Source of the DNA: the human T2T-CHM13v2.0 reference genome, Homo sapiens
NCBI RefSeq assembly: GCF_009914755.1
Contig: NC_060936.1
Length of the DNA: 64,000 nucleotides
Reading direction: 5' to 3' (one strand)
Positions 47,857 to 63,608 of the stretch are shown in pieces. Position 1 is the first letter of the stretch. Each line of letters begins with the position of its first letter. The notes under the pieces are model-generated. The model saw only the letters and a list, made by a program, of their open reading frames with translations, had not been told where the DNA came from and made no database searches. Position numbers and translations under genes: made by a program.

Positions 47857-50800
47857 AAGTAAAACTCTATTATGATTCTATATAATTCGTTAGATATTGT
47901 GATGAAAGAATAAAATGCCTGAAGTTTTCAAATGTGTTAATGAATACCTCTGTTTTAATAACCTGTGTTTCCCATGAACTATGATGTCACTTGCTTGATT
48001 ATTAAAGGATTAATTATTATAACATTTCAAAAAAGGATGATAAATCTCTGTTGAGGAACATTTCTGATGAGGAACTATGATTATATTTTAAATTTGTAAT
48101 TAATATTTTATATGTAGAGTTTGGAATAAATTATACAATACTTTTAATATTTCTTGGTGTAATATGGCTACCTTGTTCCTGTCATTATCTTTTATATGAA
48201 AGAAAAAGAGAAATACCTTTTTTTCTCTTTGTTGTGAAAACCTGGTGAGAACTCTTTGTATGTTTTAACTGTATTGTTGTATTCGGGGGTGATAAAGTGA
48301 GCACCTATATGCTAGTAAAATTGGGTTATGTTAATGAAATTTTATGTCCCTGCCATCTGCCATCTCTGTCCTTTTGACATTTTATTAACTGGTTAAGATA
48401 ATATTACTTTTTGTTGCCAAAAATGGTTAAGTTACTTTTATCAGTGAGTTTATTTCCAATGGATTAGTGAAGCTATAAATAGGAATTTGGAAGGTTTACT
48501 TGACTCCACTATTGTTTTTAAAAATTCTGTTCACTCTAGGCTATATAATCACTAGTGCTATCTCTCTGAATACTTATATAAACTATCAGAATGGAGGCAG
48601 ATTTTCTATATTAAATTTTAAATAAAGTTTTAGCTTTTCATTCATCCTCTGTGCACTAAACAAAGTTGAATTTTTAATGAATCGACATAGAGTAAGAGTG
48701 AAGAATATAGAAGACCCAATAGTTTGCTGTTTTGGGAAAAAAGAACACAACATTTATAAATTAGCCGACTACAAAATTTAGAAAAAAAAGAAGAGTTATC
48801 TTTTGCCAAAAAAAAAACTTTGATTTATATCTAAAGAGGTCTCTTGTATCAAGATTTTTATTCTTCCAGTTTTGTTGCCGAGAAAGTGCAGACCTACTTT
48901 TGCTGTTGCTATCCAGTTCGTCTTGACAATTTGTCTAGTGGAAACATTCACATGCTGTAGCTTCTAAAGTTAGAATGTGCACAGTATGATCTAAAGGGCA
49001 ACATACTTTAAACAGAAGATTGTCCCTATTACTTTCTGCATTATCTCAAAAACATATTAAGTTGTCCAGTTACCAATGGAAAATAAATTCCTACATTTGA
49101 TATTATTAGAAGAACTGATGGAACTGAATACATATATTGTTACACCCACACAAACACATAGACACAACAGAAATACGTATTGGCAATTTAAAAAATAACT
49201 TATTCTAGCTAGATGACAATATTATGTATGCTTCATTAATGTTACATTAGAAAAGAAAAAGAATTTTTTATATTGTCATACAACAATTTGGTTACAAACC
49301 TACTGTTTTTTTTAAAGAGGTAATTTTACAAAACTATGGTTGAAAATCAAGTGCATCTAGACACCTACATAGTACTGTTACTAATATATGTCAGATTAAC
49401 CTTATTTAAACCCTGTAAGATAAAAAGTAAGGAGGTCAACCACAGAAATTCAAATGAAATTTAACTAGCTGCGGTATTATTATTCACTTTCATTTGCATA
49501 TATTAGCAGTTAATGACTAGAGCTTGAAATTTGTCTCAATGATATAGATTTTTCAATGTGTCTTTTATACCAGGGTACATTGATTTTATGTATATATGCT
49601 ATAGTTGTAGAATGGATCAATGTGACCACATTTGCAGTTAAGAAATGGGTTAGATGATGTGCATATTTCTAGAATGTTGTGTGTTAAATAGCATGAAATA
49701 TTTTAGAAAGAAGATTATTAGAAATAAATTGCTCTTGCTTAGTTGTTCAGTGATGCTATCGGCTTTTTGAGTGAATAGATATTTGTGTGACTTTAATATC
49801 TAGTTAAACAAGAAGTGTGTTTTTTCTTGTGCATATGGTGTGTGTTGTAAAAGATCCCTATGTAATCATTAAAGTTAGAAATATTTGATGCTTATCGTTA
49901 TTTTAGTTTCTCTGTCATTATGATATCAATCAACTTTAAGCAGTTTTTAGCTAATTGGAAATTGAGAAGAAATCTATCAATTTAAAATGTGCAGATGCAT
50001 ATTTTAAAACAGATTTTTAAAGTAAAGATAATAATTTATTTTCTGTTTTGTGATCAAAGATTTGTTCATTGAACAAATTTAATGGCTCAATTTTTGAATT
50101 TCAAATGGTCATGCTGATTTAAACCTGGTGCAACAAGTAAGTTTGTTAACAGTGTAAAGGGTACAAACTAGTTCATATATTATAAAATTATCCGTATGAC
50201 TTATGCACAATCTGACACATTACTAAATGCTTTGAATTTACTGATATATAACTGAAATAAAAAATAAAAACAATAAGAGATTCTATGGTTTATATATAGT
50301 CAAGATATGCTCAAAAATATTTTCTGTAGCTAATTGCTTGATGCACACATACAAGTTTATGAATTGTTTTTAAAAAATAATAAAATTTTCCAAAGTTATT
50401 CACTTGAAGAGGAAGTAGACATGTTAAAGGTTTTGTTCTGTTGGTGGTTAAAAAGATTTTATAAACTCTAATAAATAATATATTAGTTATAATAGTTTTG
50501 CCACAGTTCAACAAAGGCTAGTAACACGTATTATTTTTTAATATTTGCATTCTATTGATAAAATTCAAGAATAATAAAAGAATAAAAAATTACTGTCATT
50601 AGGTAAACCTATGTCATATTTTTCCCATAATATAAGGCAAGTTAATTTTTGGAGTCAGTCTCCACAAGCAACTATGTTAACCAGTTTCTAGCTATTTCCA
50701 CATCCATATTTGTTAAACTATTTATGCTTGTAAATTTTAAAAAATCAGTTGTGATAGTTGAGTTACACTAGGTGTCAAAATATCACTGGAGACTGAAAAG

Positions 50801-51074
50801 GCAGAAGATATTGTTGAAGGCATTTTGAAACATCACAGAAATTCACATACACCAAGAATTCACCACAGTATACAGCTGAATAAAAGCATGCTGTTTTTCA
50901 TTCTTTCAAGAATCAAAGGAATCACAGAAAATCCCTGATCCTATCGAAGGTTGGGCACAATTCTGGAAGAAGGCATGACCATTGCTGTAGTTATCATCAT
51001 GTTAGGATGCCTAAGTGGTATGTGGGAGGGAGTTGAGAAACAAAGTTCACTGTTGCTTTTAGCATCGATTCCTC

Positions 51075-51436
<362 letters not shown>

Positions 51437-51804
51437 CTCCTCTCTTATTTCTATGATACTGATAGCAGGCAATGCAACCATAACTCCAGAGTGGGAAAGG
51501 GTGGATAATCATTCATGGCTCTTTGTTTACACTTTCTTCTCCCAGCACTCCCCTAACCCCTGCAGCTCCAGGCCAATGTTGTTTGAAACAGTGCTGGAGG
51601 CACAGTGCTTCTCTCAACTTCTGGAGACCAGAGTGGGGCTGAAGGTCTGTGGAATCTTTGAGATGAATAGCTCAGAGCACAAAGCAGAGGATTTTTTTTA
51701 GTGTATATATTAAAATCTTTTTATTCTATTTTTTACCTTGAAATTCATAATGCAATGCAGCATAAAAGGCATTTTCCTTTTCTTTAGAAATAGTTCCCAC
51801 ATTG

Positions 51805-51999
51805 GAACATCACACTCTGGGGACTGTTGTGGGGTGGGGGGAGGGGGGAGGGATAGCATTAGGAGATATACCTAATGCTAAATGACGAGTTAATGGGTGC
51901 AGCACACCAGCATGGCACATGTATACATATGTAACTAACCTGCACATTGTGCACATGTACCCTAAAACTTAAAGTATAGTAATAATAATAATAATAAAT
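51805..51999 (+). mobile_element. Very short (~195 bp) L1PA3-like 3' end
   Basis: L1 3' UTR G-tract and (AAT)n tail; 19-bp TSD AGAAATAGTTCCCACATTG at 51786-51804 and 52000-52018. Confidence 0.92.
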
Positions 52000-52479
52000 A
52001 GAAATAGTTCCCACATTGAAGTGTCAGTGTAGCACTTTCCATTAAGTGCTGTTTATTACCAGAAGAAAGAGTTTCACAAATCAGAAACTTTTTAACTATC
52101 GCCAGACTACCAACTACACTTTCTTTTATTTCTGTAATGTTATACCTCTGCATTCTCTGTGGTCACTATCTGTACTGCTAAAATGAAAATCTTTGGTAGT
52201 TGTCACGTTTATTTAGCTAACACTCTGCATAGTCAGAATGCAGCTGTTAAAGCAGGAAAATTAATTGCAGTTCAGAGCTAAACATTTAGGCATGTTATTG
52301 AATCAGATCTGCAAGGTGCTACCTCTGTATATACCTAATGAAACACTATATCTTACTATCTCACAAAGCAATGGTGCTAATTTTTTGATGCATAAGAAGC
52401 ATTTACAAGTTTCTATAGGTCACCTGTAAATCTGCTGGGCAGTTAGTTTTTTGACAAATTTATGTCTAATTCAAACAGC

Positions 52480-53245
52480 TAAATATCACTAATCATAGAG
52501 AAATGCAAATTAAAATCACAATGAGATACCATCTTACACCAGTCAGAAAATGGTTATTAATAAAAGTCAAAAAACAATAGATGTTGGTGAAAATGTAGAG
52601 AAAAGAGAACACTTACACACTATTGGTTGGAATGGAAATTCATGTAACTCCTGTGGAAAACACTATGGCGACTTCCCAAAGGATTAAAAATAAAGCTACC
52701 ATTTGATTTAGCAATCACACTACTGGGTATCTACCCAAAGGAACAAAATCATTATATAAAAAAGACACCTGCAGTTGTATGTTTATTGCAGCACCATTCA
52801 CAATAGCAAAGTCACGGAATCAACCTATGTGTCCATCAGTGAATGATTGGATAAAGAAAACATGGTGTGCCTATATACACCATAGAATACTGTGCCACCA
52901 TAAAAAACAAGAATGAAATTGTGTGTTTTGCGCAACATAGATGGAACTAGAGGCCATTACCTTAGGTGAAATCACTCAGACACTGAAAGTCAAATACCAC
53001 ATATTCTCATTTAAAAGTGGGAGCCAAACAATGTGCACACATGGACATAGAGAGTGGAATAACAGATGTTGAAGATGTGGAAGGGTGTGAGGAGGGAAGT
53101 GGATTGAGGGCTGATAATTACTTAGTGGGTACAATGCATCTTATTCAGGTCATGTTTACCTAAAAGCCCAGACTTCACCATGATGCAATGTATCCACGTA
53201 AAAAAACTGCATTTGTAACCCCTAAATCTATAAAAATAACAAATA
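52480..53245 (+). mobile_element. L1PB-like 3' end
   Basis: aatgcaaattaaaatcacaatgagatacc...gggtacaatg...aaaagcccagacttcacc...ccctaaatctataaaaataa. Confidence 0.82.
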
Positions 53246-56200
53246 CATTTTAAAAAGAGTGTAAATGGACATTACCACCTTGCCTTAGTGAAGTGACACT
53301 GTAGATTTATTCAGTGTCCCTGTCCTCCTAGAAGTTAGTTTAATTCATGATTACAAATCATTAAATCGAGTAGGGTAACAGTAGAATCTGTGGATGGAGG
53401 CAGCCTCATAGCTTCAGGAAAGGATGCAGGTGTTAAACTGGATTTTGGCCCTGACTTTGTGTCACATTGTCACTCAAAGATTTCTCAACTTTTCCATTTC
53501 TCAGTTTCTCTCCTGTAAGTATAAGTGTCACCCTAGCCAGTCCCTCAGATTTTCCAACTAGGTGGTCATCGTGGTTTTGCCACATCACTGAGATTTTATT
53601 ATTAATAAACATTGTTTTATGTTAGCCTACAAAAAAAGACTGGAAAGATCCTTATACCATTGAGTGTGTTAAGCACTGTTATATCCATTTTAAATTTCTA
53701 AGACTTGAACTTGTGTTTGACTTGTGAGTGCTAAACTCCTGAGAAGGGAAACAGGGCCACCTCTTTTTACTGTGCAGCTTGCACACGGCACAGCTGGATT
53801 TGGTGTTCCTGTCTGAAGCTCTCAGTGTGGTTCCCATTCTCCTCATCATTCTATGCTATAAAAATCTCATCGGAACACCTGTAACATTATTTTGATTCAT
53901 TTTAATTTGTGATCCAAAGTTGCTTTTAGGTAAAATTCCAAATTGGGGCCTTAACATACTGGTTTTTGCCCTTCTTTTCTTCCTTTCAATCATCCTGGGC
54001 ACCTGGCAACTCCTTTCTGTCTTTCTTATTCCCCTGCAACATTTATTTCCAGGAAAGAAGGTCCTTACATTCACTTGCACCATTTGAACCATATACGTTT
54101 GTTCCATCGTAGTATCCGAACTTTAACTAGAGATGATGCCTTAATGACACCTAAGCTTTTATCATTTTCACCTGGGCCTGCACAGTAGCTTCTTGAGAAA
54201 ACTTTCCTTTCTTCCAGCCTCTGCTATCTATAACTCCACTTGTTTTCTACCCTCAGCAAAACTTGTCATTGTTTTGCTCCTTTGCTTAGGGGCCTTTATT
54301 GGCATTATATTTTCAATTGGTTAAACCCAGGTTTTTTTTCATGAAGCAAAAATAGCCGTTTGAAATCCTTACTTTCTTTGTGCAATTAAAAAAAAAAACC
54401 CTCTACTATTGTTTCGTGAAACTCCTCCCTTTTCCTATGGACAGGCCTCTCTGCTTTTATTTGTTGTTTTCTGTCTAACTGGTATTCTGTGCCACAGCCT
54501 TCTGTAGCTGACAAACTCCTTTGTATCCTCAAATATCCTCTACTCCTGGAAGCCCTTTGCAATCCACTAAGCAATACTATCTTTTCTTCTCCATTGTCAA
54601 TAGATCTTTATACCTCTCACTTTCATAGCATTTTCTTGTATTATGATATATATTTATTCTTTGATGTTCTTTTCCCCCAACAAATGTATGGGTTTCTTAG
54701 AAGTGGTTTTAGTATTTTATTGAACTTACTATCTTCAGCATCTCTTTTGCTCTCAGCATTGTGCCTGGGAAACTTCAGACATTCTGTGAATTTTCTTTGA
54801 ATGATGGACTAAATGAATGGATGAATCTCAAGGTCAAGGTTTTAGGCATTATGGTATGGATCCAAGAGTTTTTCAACATCCCTGAAATTTTTCCAGTTGG
54901 GCAGTCCCCAAAGGCTCTCCTGTAACATCCGATTCCTTCTTGCCATATATTTATTACGAGATCAATCAGAAGTCGAAAGATTATTGTTTCTTAAGTTGTA
55001 AGATCTTGAAAATCTAGCCACAATGGATCAAAGCAATTGTATCTTTCTAGACTGTTTCTTATAGCCTATAAATCAAGAAAGAATCCAAGTCTACAAGGCA
55101 ATGTTTCAAATTCTGTTCATGTAAATGCTTGAATTGGATCTGAAGACATGTGTGCTCACCTTCACCCTCCTACAGAAGGTTAGTTATTGAACTTGAACAA
55201 CCCTGGTAAAGCTGCCAGAATTTACATGCTTGCCTGCAAAGCAGATGTGCAGAGAATGGCACTGGACCAATTATGAAATTGAACAAAAACATGATTGATT
55301 GCAGAGGAACTAAAAAGATGGAAGATATTTTCAATGTTTCCAAGCCTTGTAAATGGTCTTGTGAAAAGACCAAAAGAGCTGGAAGCTTCCTAGAGCACTG
55401 GGGATGGCACCGGAGCCTCTTTGAAGTCCTCTTGGGGAGAGCTGCTTGGAATAATTACCAGTAGCCCCAGCTGTGAGGCATTCTGAAGAAGCTTAAGGCA
55501 CAGCTCACTGAGCTTGATGCTGGGAACTTTTCAAGGCAAGTTTAGGGAGGTTGTGCTTTCGTAAGTACATGCTGTTGTATTCCTAGCAGATTTTAGTGTT
55601 TCTACAAAGAGATAGGAATGGAAACTTTCCCAGTCTTTTCTAAAAATCATTATTCTTCCCAATGTCTTGAGAAAGTGTCACAAAGGAGAGAAAGGTGACT
55701 GACATGGGTTGGGTGGATTTGGTGCCTGATCCTCTTAAGCCTATGAATTATTACAGCCACATCACAGTTCCATGGCTTTATAGACAGTACTTTTAATCAG
55801 CTTTGCTCTTCTTTCTTAAGCAGATAACAGTGTTCTTAAAAAGAATGTATCACTTCTTTTATAATCAGCAACTCAGAGGTGATACATTGTTATCTTCATA
55901 TCAAACACACCCCAAAGAATAGACATTATTCATTATGTGGTTTCAAATATTTTAAACAATTTTGTATTGCTGTAAAAGTAGAGCAATAAATCTTTGACTT
56001 ATAACATTAGATGAGCAATTGACTATGCTGCTTAGATAAGGAAATAAATATTTTTCATAATTTAGAGTATGATGCAATTTAGTATAGAATACCTGACAAA
56101 ATATATAATGTTAAATGAAAATATTGTTATTTGTATGTAAAATTAGGTGATTTGATGTTTTATTTGCATGATCTATTGCATTGAAGCTAAGGGAAACAAT

Positions 56201-56729
56201 ATATTTACTCTATGAAATCATATTTCAGAAAAAAATAGTTAACAAACATTTGTTAGTTATAGAAAAGGTAGTTTTCACAGTGAAATTTGCTACAAACATG
56301 ATTCATGAAGTACATAAACACATATTTAAATGATAATAGGCTTTTGTTGCGGAAGGTTGAAAAAAAAACCTGTTATTGATTGGAAGTACCTTAAAGAGCT
56401 TATAATCAAGATGGGAAGATAGTTGTTTATTAATTAAACAAGCAACAACAAAACAAAACAACAACAACAAAAGGAACACAGAATGAGTGATTGGCATAGA
56501 ATCGCTACCAAGAAGACTTCCTTGGTATTCTGGTAGCCTAAGAGCTTTAAGCTTTAAGGGGAAATGGTACTTGAAAGGACTCTTACAGGAAAAGTCAGAG
56601 AGGGATTAGGAGGTGAGAGAGGATAGAACAAGAGTTTTCCATATTTAGGAAGAATGCCATGAGTCAAATGACAAGGTAGGACTTGTGTGTCTTGCTTGGC
56701 AGCCATTTGGTCGATTAACCTGAAAAAAT

Positions 56730-56945
56730 TGTAGCTAATAATTATTGGTTATTATATGTCAAGCATTCTTTAGGTTTTTTACAGGTATTAATTCTTTGTA
56801 TCCCCACAACACTCTATGAGGTTGGTACTGTAGGTATTAATGGTGTCCCATTTTACAGATGAGAAGACTGAGGCACAGAGAGATCAACTAATTTGCCAAG
56901 GCCACACAGTAAGAGCTCCTGTATCTGTGCCTTCAACCATTGCTT
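56730..56945 (-). mobile_element. MIR
   Basis: Core cccattttacagatgagaagactgaggcacagaga...ttgccaaggccacacag. Confidence 0.7.
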
Positions 56946-57691
56946 AATCCTACCTATTATTAAGAATTATATAAGTGATTCATGGTAGATAATCTATGAA
57001 AAGTCCGTTGAAGCCAGACTTTGAAGAAATTAGGGGAAGGCCTTGCATGTTTGTCTAAGGAGTTTGCTTTTTATGGTATAGACAACAAGGAGTCAGTGAT
57101 AAGGTTTGAACAGTGGAATGACACAGGCAAAGCAATGACTGAAAGATTAAATCCCAAAGTAAATTTCACTGGGGTATATACCTAACTTGAAAAGTGAAAG
57201 AACTTGAGATGGGATGCTAATGGTTAGGTATCACAGTTGTCCATATATGAAGTAGTAAGGGCTTGTAGCAAATAAATGCAATAGAAAAGTACCAGAAGTA
57301 TCTTGAACATTTTCCCTTGTCTTCACTTTCCAACAGTATGCTCATCATCATCTCATATCAAGAATGTAGTCCACTACCACAGAGGTTATGTATCCTTTCT
57401 TTTATTCTCTTCATTGCAGAATGTGTCATGGTGTTTAGTATAAATAGACTATGGAAATCTATCCCCTATGTCTGTTAGGAAGTCATTTGATGGTATTGGT
57501 TCAAAGAGGTCCTCTAAAAAGTCTTGAGAGAAAGACGGAGAGAGACAAAAGGCTTGATGGATTACCCTCTGGACAGGAGAGTTCCTTAAGAAGAACTAGG
57601 GTGTTCAAGCATTGTTTTCTACTGCAGGCTTGTTAGAAAAGATCTTGCAGTAATATAGTGGGTGTTGGAAGTACTAGGCCAGTTTGGAGCC

Positions 57692-58014
57692 TGTATTAGT
57701 CCATTCTCACACTGCTATAAAGAACTGCCCTAGACTGGGGAGGTCTCAGGAAACTTACAACAATGACCAAAGGTAAAAGGGAAGGAAGGTACCTTCTTCA
57801 CAAGGCAGCAGGAGGGAGAATAAATGCAGGAGGAACTACCAAACACTTATAAAACCATCAGATCCTGTGAGAACTCACTCACTATCACGAGAAAGCATGG
57901 GGGAACCACCTCCGTGATTCAGTTACCTTCACCTGGTCTCTCCCTTGACGTGGGGATTATGGGAATTACAATTCAGGATGAGATTTTGGGTGGGGACACA
58001 GCCAAACCATATCA
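57692..58014 (-). mobile_element. THE1D-like solo LTR with a ~50-bp internal deletion
   Basis: tgtattagtcc...gccaaaccatatca; 5-bp TSD GAGCC at 57687-57691 and 58015-58019. Compared with the LTRs at 387 and 2439, the segment between gactggg and gggaggcctcagg is absent. Confidence 0.9.
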
Positions 58015-58959
58015 GAGCCTGTTCACCTTTTAAACTTGATTTGATATAGTTAGAAGTACTATTGACACTGGAGCTTTTTTCAGACAAAATTTTCTCTCAA
58101 TCAAATATGTCATCTTCCCTCTCCTAGAATATTGCAATTTACTTCATATGGTTTCTTACCCACCATTTCTGTGCTCTGTCAAATCTGTCTCTATGCCAGT
58201 ACTACTTGAACTATTTTTGTTAAAAGACATTTAATTATTTTATTTTATTTTTATGATTCATAAACTATAAGATAAAAATGAATTACTAGAAGAAAATGAA
58301 ATAAAATGAGACAAAATGCTACCAGAACCATTTTTTATTATGTATTTATTATTATTAGGTTCATCAGACATACATTTGTCCTACCAAGTTAACATAAATG
58401 ATTCTAAATTCTTGAACTCTGTTTCTGTACTTATCCTATCATAGATTAGTAACAAACTGTTCGTGACCTAGCACTGGTCTTTGGTCCTTAGTCCACTCTG
58501 AGTAGCACTGCCTCTCTCAGCAGCCAGAGAGATCATTTATGAATGCAAATTACATCTTATGATCCTTCTGTCTATAATTCCTGAAAACCTTCCCTGCGCA
58601 TGGGATAAAATGTAAGGTTCTTAAGCTATTCAATGAGGTCCTGCCTCCTCTGGCACTCCTATATAAATCCAACTCCTTTGTCCACCCTCCCCTTAGCTCA
58701 CATTGTTCAAGCTACACTGGCTTTCTCTTTCAGTTTCAGAATGCACCCAGCACTTTCCCGTCTCAAGGACTTCTCACTGGAATTCTCTTTCCCCTCCTTT
58801 AACCTCACTAACTTCTACTTATTCCTTCTACTCAGCTCAGATATCACCATTGCAGACAAGCCTCCTCTGTCTTTCCTGTTTAAACTCTAATCCCACGTGA
58901 TGCTCTTTCATATTGCCTTCTCCTGGCAATATCATAATTAGAAATTACCTGTTTCTTTT

Positions 58960-59700
58960 TAAGGTAAATGTTTACAGAAGATCACAGATCATAAGTGTCT
59001 AGTGCAACAAAAGATCAAAAAGTGAAGTTATGCTCGAGACCAGCACCCAGATCAAGAAACAGAGCATAGCAGGCTCCCCAAAACCTTCCCTTCTTCCCCT
59101 GTTCCTTCATTACCTTCTTCTACATTTTTCCTATTTTTGACTTTTATATAAATAGAATCACACAATAGCTATTCTTTAGAGTTCAACTTCTTTTATTTAA
59201 CACTGTGCTTGTGATGTCCACTCACATTGCTGCATGTAAGTGTTCATTCTTATAGCTGTGTAGTATTGTAGCATTTCACTATATGACTCTACCACAACTA
59301 ATTATGAATTTTACCTTCAATGGAATGGTCAGTTCTAGGCTATTACAACAGCAGTGCTCTGAACATTCTTGTTTTGTGGACGTATGCATGTATTTATGAT
59401 ACACACACACAAACACATTTACGGGTACATTTGCAGGGTCAGAGGACATATAAATGTTTAGCTTTAGTCATTACTTCCAAACAGATTTTTCAAATGGTTT
59501 TAGCAATTTAGATTCTCATCAGCAGTGTCTTAGAGTTTCCATTAGTCCACATACTTGCAAAGACTTGGTATTGTGTGTTTTTTTAATTTCATCCATCTGG
59601 TGAAATGGTGTATGCAGATGACTCTGGCACTTCCTTGATGTCTAATGAAGTTAAATAAATCTTTGAATGTGTATTGGCCATTTCAGTCTCCTGTTTTATC
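58960..59700 (-). mobile_element. Ancient L1M 3' fragment
   Basis: accagcacccagatcaagaaacagagcat...ttttatataaatagaatc...gaacattcttgt...cagcagtgt...gttt; highly diverged. Confidence 0.6.
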
Positions 59701-59709
59701 ACGTACCAT

Positions 59710-59787
59710 ATTAATAAATTATTAAGCTTAATTATTTATTAATTAAGCTTAATTAATTAATAAATTAATAAATTAATAATTTATTAA
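59710..59787. repeat. AT-rich nested palindrome
   Basis: Perfect 20-bp palindrome at 59738-59757; 34-bp palindrome with one mismatch at 59710-59743; perfect 15-bp outer inverted repeat at 59711-59725 / 59773-59787. Confidence 0.9.
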
Positions 59788-61688
59788 GGAGCTTAGAAAT
59801 CCTGCCTTTTGCTGTGCCTTCAACACCCAGTGGCACTCAGCAGGCACTCAGCTATTTAATGAATACATTGGTACTATTAACTACAAGGGTAAAGCAAATC
59901 TAGCCCTGCTATCAAAACTCTGTGCTGATATATATGAGGTGTGCAATAAATATGTACTAAATGCATAAATAAAAGTTTCCTAAGTTTCTTTTAAATACAC
60001 ATCTATCACAAAGCAATTAAATGCTTCCTATCTTACCTGGTTTTCTCTCGGAGAAAGAGAAGTAATTCTGTGTTTCTTTTGACATTATCATGTTTGATCA
60101 TCTTGGCATGCTCAATTTTTAATGTTACTCTTTTAGAGGGACCAGTCTTACACTGTCTATTTTGCTTCGCAATTCTTTGTTATAGTGTCACAAAGATTAA
60201 TATGATCCCAAAACTGATACTTTTGGCCTAGATACACTGTGTTACAAATCCTTTCACTTCTTCTGAATGTGTAGGTGTTATTTTTTAAGAGACATAATTC
60301 TTTTCAACAGATAAGGATGATCAAAGAAGAAAAATTCTTTGTTTTTCTTCTTACACAAACTTTCACTTAGAGGACATTTCTTTTTGTAACACAGAACTTT
60401 ATAATGCATATCTTTTCTTAGACATGTGTAATTTTTTTTGGATCCAAATTAAAATCCAGTAATGTCACATTCTATTGATTCAGAATTCAGTCATTGAGGC
60501 ATACTTAATTAACCCTAAGATAAAGTTAGATTCCCAGACATACAGCTGGCAAGATAGAATTTTAGAGTTGAAAAAATTGGGTGGCTCAAAATTATCTAAT
60601 AAACAATTGAAAAATAATTTTCATGTAATTTTTATATAAAAATGTTATATTTCATACAGTATGCTATTAATATTATTCTAGGCATATTTATATAATTAAA
60701 TATCTTATAATGTGGGGTCATGAACTGCCAAATAAATTGTCTTACTGTAATTCATAAATAAATATCTAATACAGGAAGTACTCACAAAATATATCTCAAC
60801 ACATAATATAAATTATATACCAAATGGCTGTTATATTCAATCAGAATGGTAAGGATGATGATGGCTATAAAATAGCTAACATTTATAAACTCCTTATTGT
60901 GTGCCAACCACCAGGCAAATGGCTATGTGTAACAAACACACTGGTGCAATTAAAGGATTTCAGTGAATAGCAATAATTTAAACTTTGACATGGTCAATTT
61001 CATCAGAATAAACTTCATTATGTCTGAAGAGGAAATATGGCTGGTTAATATGAAGGAATAGTAAACATGCTGTAACATTTTGTGGAGACCTATGGAGTTG
61101 ATGGCTCCAACTCTTCTTTAAGCCAGGCAGTGAATTCAAGTGAATTACAGTATTAGCCATGTTTACAGTTTACAAAAAAAAAAATCAATGAAATATAGTG
61201 ATCATTATGTGTTTTCTTATGGCACTTGGAGTTTGTAATAGCTTTCATTATTGAAAGATCCTGAAACATTTTGTGGAGCACAGTTACAGATAGTCATCCT
61301 TAGTTCTGAGTGTCCTGTCTTTTGTGTGTTTTAAGCTTTGTAAACAATCTCTTGTCCACTACTGCTTCTATTCCCAGGATTCAACTGTTAAATCCCAGGA
61401 TTCATAATCTATTGGAAATATCTGACGTGACAAAATAGAAGTCTTTAAGTGTAAGCTTTACAATTAAGACTTGACTATTTGGTTCAAGGGAAATATTTAA
61501 ATCCAATTCTGGGAATAATTTGAAGAGATTTTGCTGCTTTAAGAGTGATTCCCAAAGTTTAATATTTCAGGTGGTTTTCTATATGAAATGTTTTCACTAA
61601 AGAAATCTTCATCTTCATGTATATTGTCTCCATCTCTTTGCTTCTAAGGGATTTTTCAGTAATATTTGCATCAGTTTAGGGATTTAGC

Positions 61689-61740
61689 TTTTAATCTTTG
61701 TCAATTATTTTAATCTTTGTCAAGCTTTTAATCTTTGTCA
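61689..61740. repeat. Three copies of TTTTAATCTTTGTCA
   Basis: Identical 15-mers at 61689, 61708 and 61726. Confidence 0.9.
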
Positions 61741-62544
61741 GTAGCAGCTGAAGAAACTTGACCTTTTAGAATGATCACAACCTAATGCATTTGCTTATCA
61801 TCTCTACTATATCCAGATTAATTCCTTACACGGAAGTGGTTTTTTAATATCAAAATCAAAGAAGAATATATTTTTTTTGTTTAATAAAAGCTTGAACCTC
61901 TAATCTGTAGGAAGCATGCTATGTAGTACTTTCTCTTTCTTAAAAATAACTCAATAGTAAGAAGCCTGTTGTTTATTCTCTGGGTAGAAGGCATTATTAA
62001 GGAAACAAAGTGAAGATTGTTAATTTTAATGAACATTTTTTCTTGTTCTTTGTGCTTTTTTTCCTTTTCTTTCCTTTTTTTAAAAAATATTGTTAGGGGA
62101 AAAAAAAGATTTTCCAGAAGTTTTACACATAAAAGATAATGAATTTTCACCTTGTTCATGCTATAGGAATTTGGGATTGTGCAAGTTAAGTTACATGAAG
62201 TTAAGAAAGTGCTTAACATGGTTAATTTCTCTGTGTGTATTTGTGTGTGTGTGTATGCATGTATGTGTGTTTTCTCTTTCTTTGCCCTGTTTGCAAGTAA
62301 TGCATCAAGACTTTGTAAGATAATTTTTTAATTTTTATTTTGGAAACAGCTGCTTGGATACTACAGGAGTGGCTAACTTCATGAATCACGGGAAGCGGTG
62401 GTTTATTTTGAATGGAAATGAGTTTAAAAATCAACAGTTACTTTCTTTAGCTTTCTAAGAAGTCATTTAGGCACAGATGACGACATCTGAAAATTAGGCA
62501 TCATTTTCTTTATCCATAAGCACAATGTCAATGGCAAGTTTTCT

Positions 62545-63608
<1,064 letters not shown>

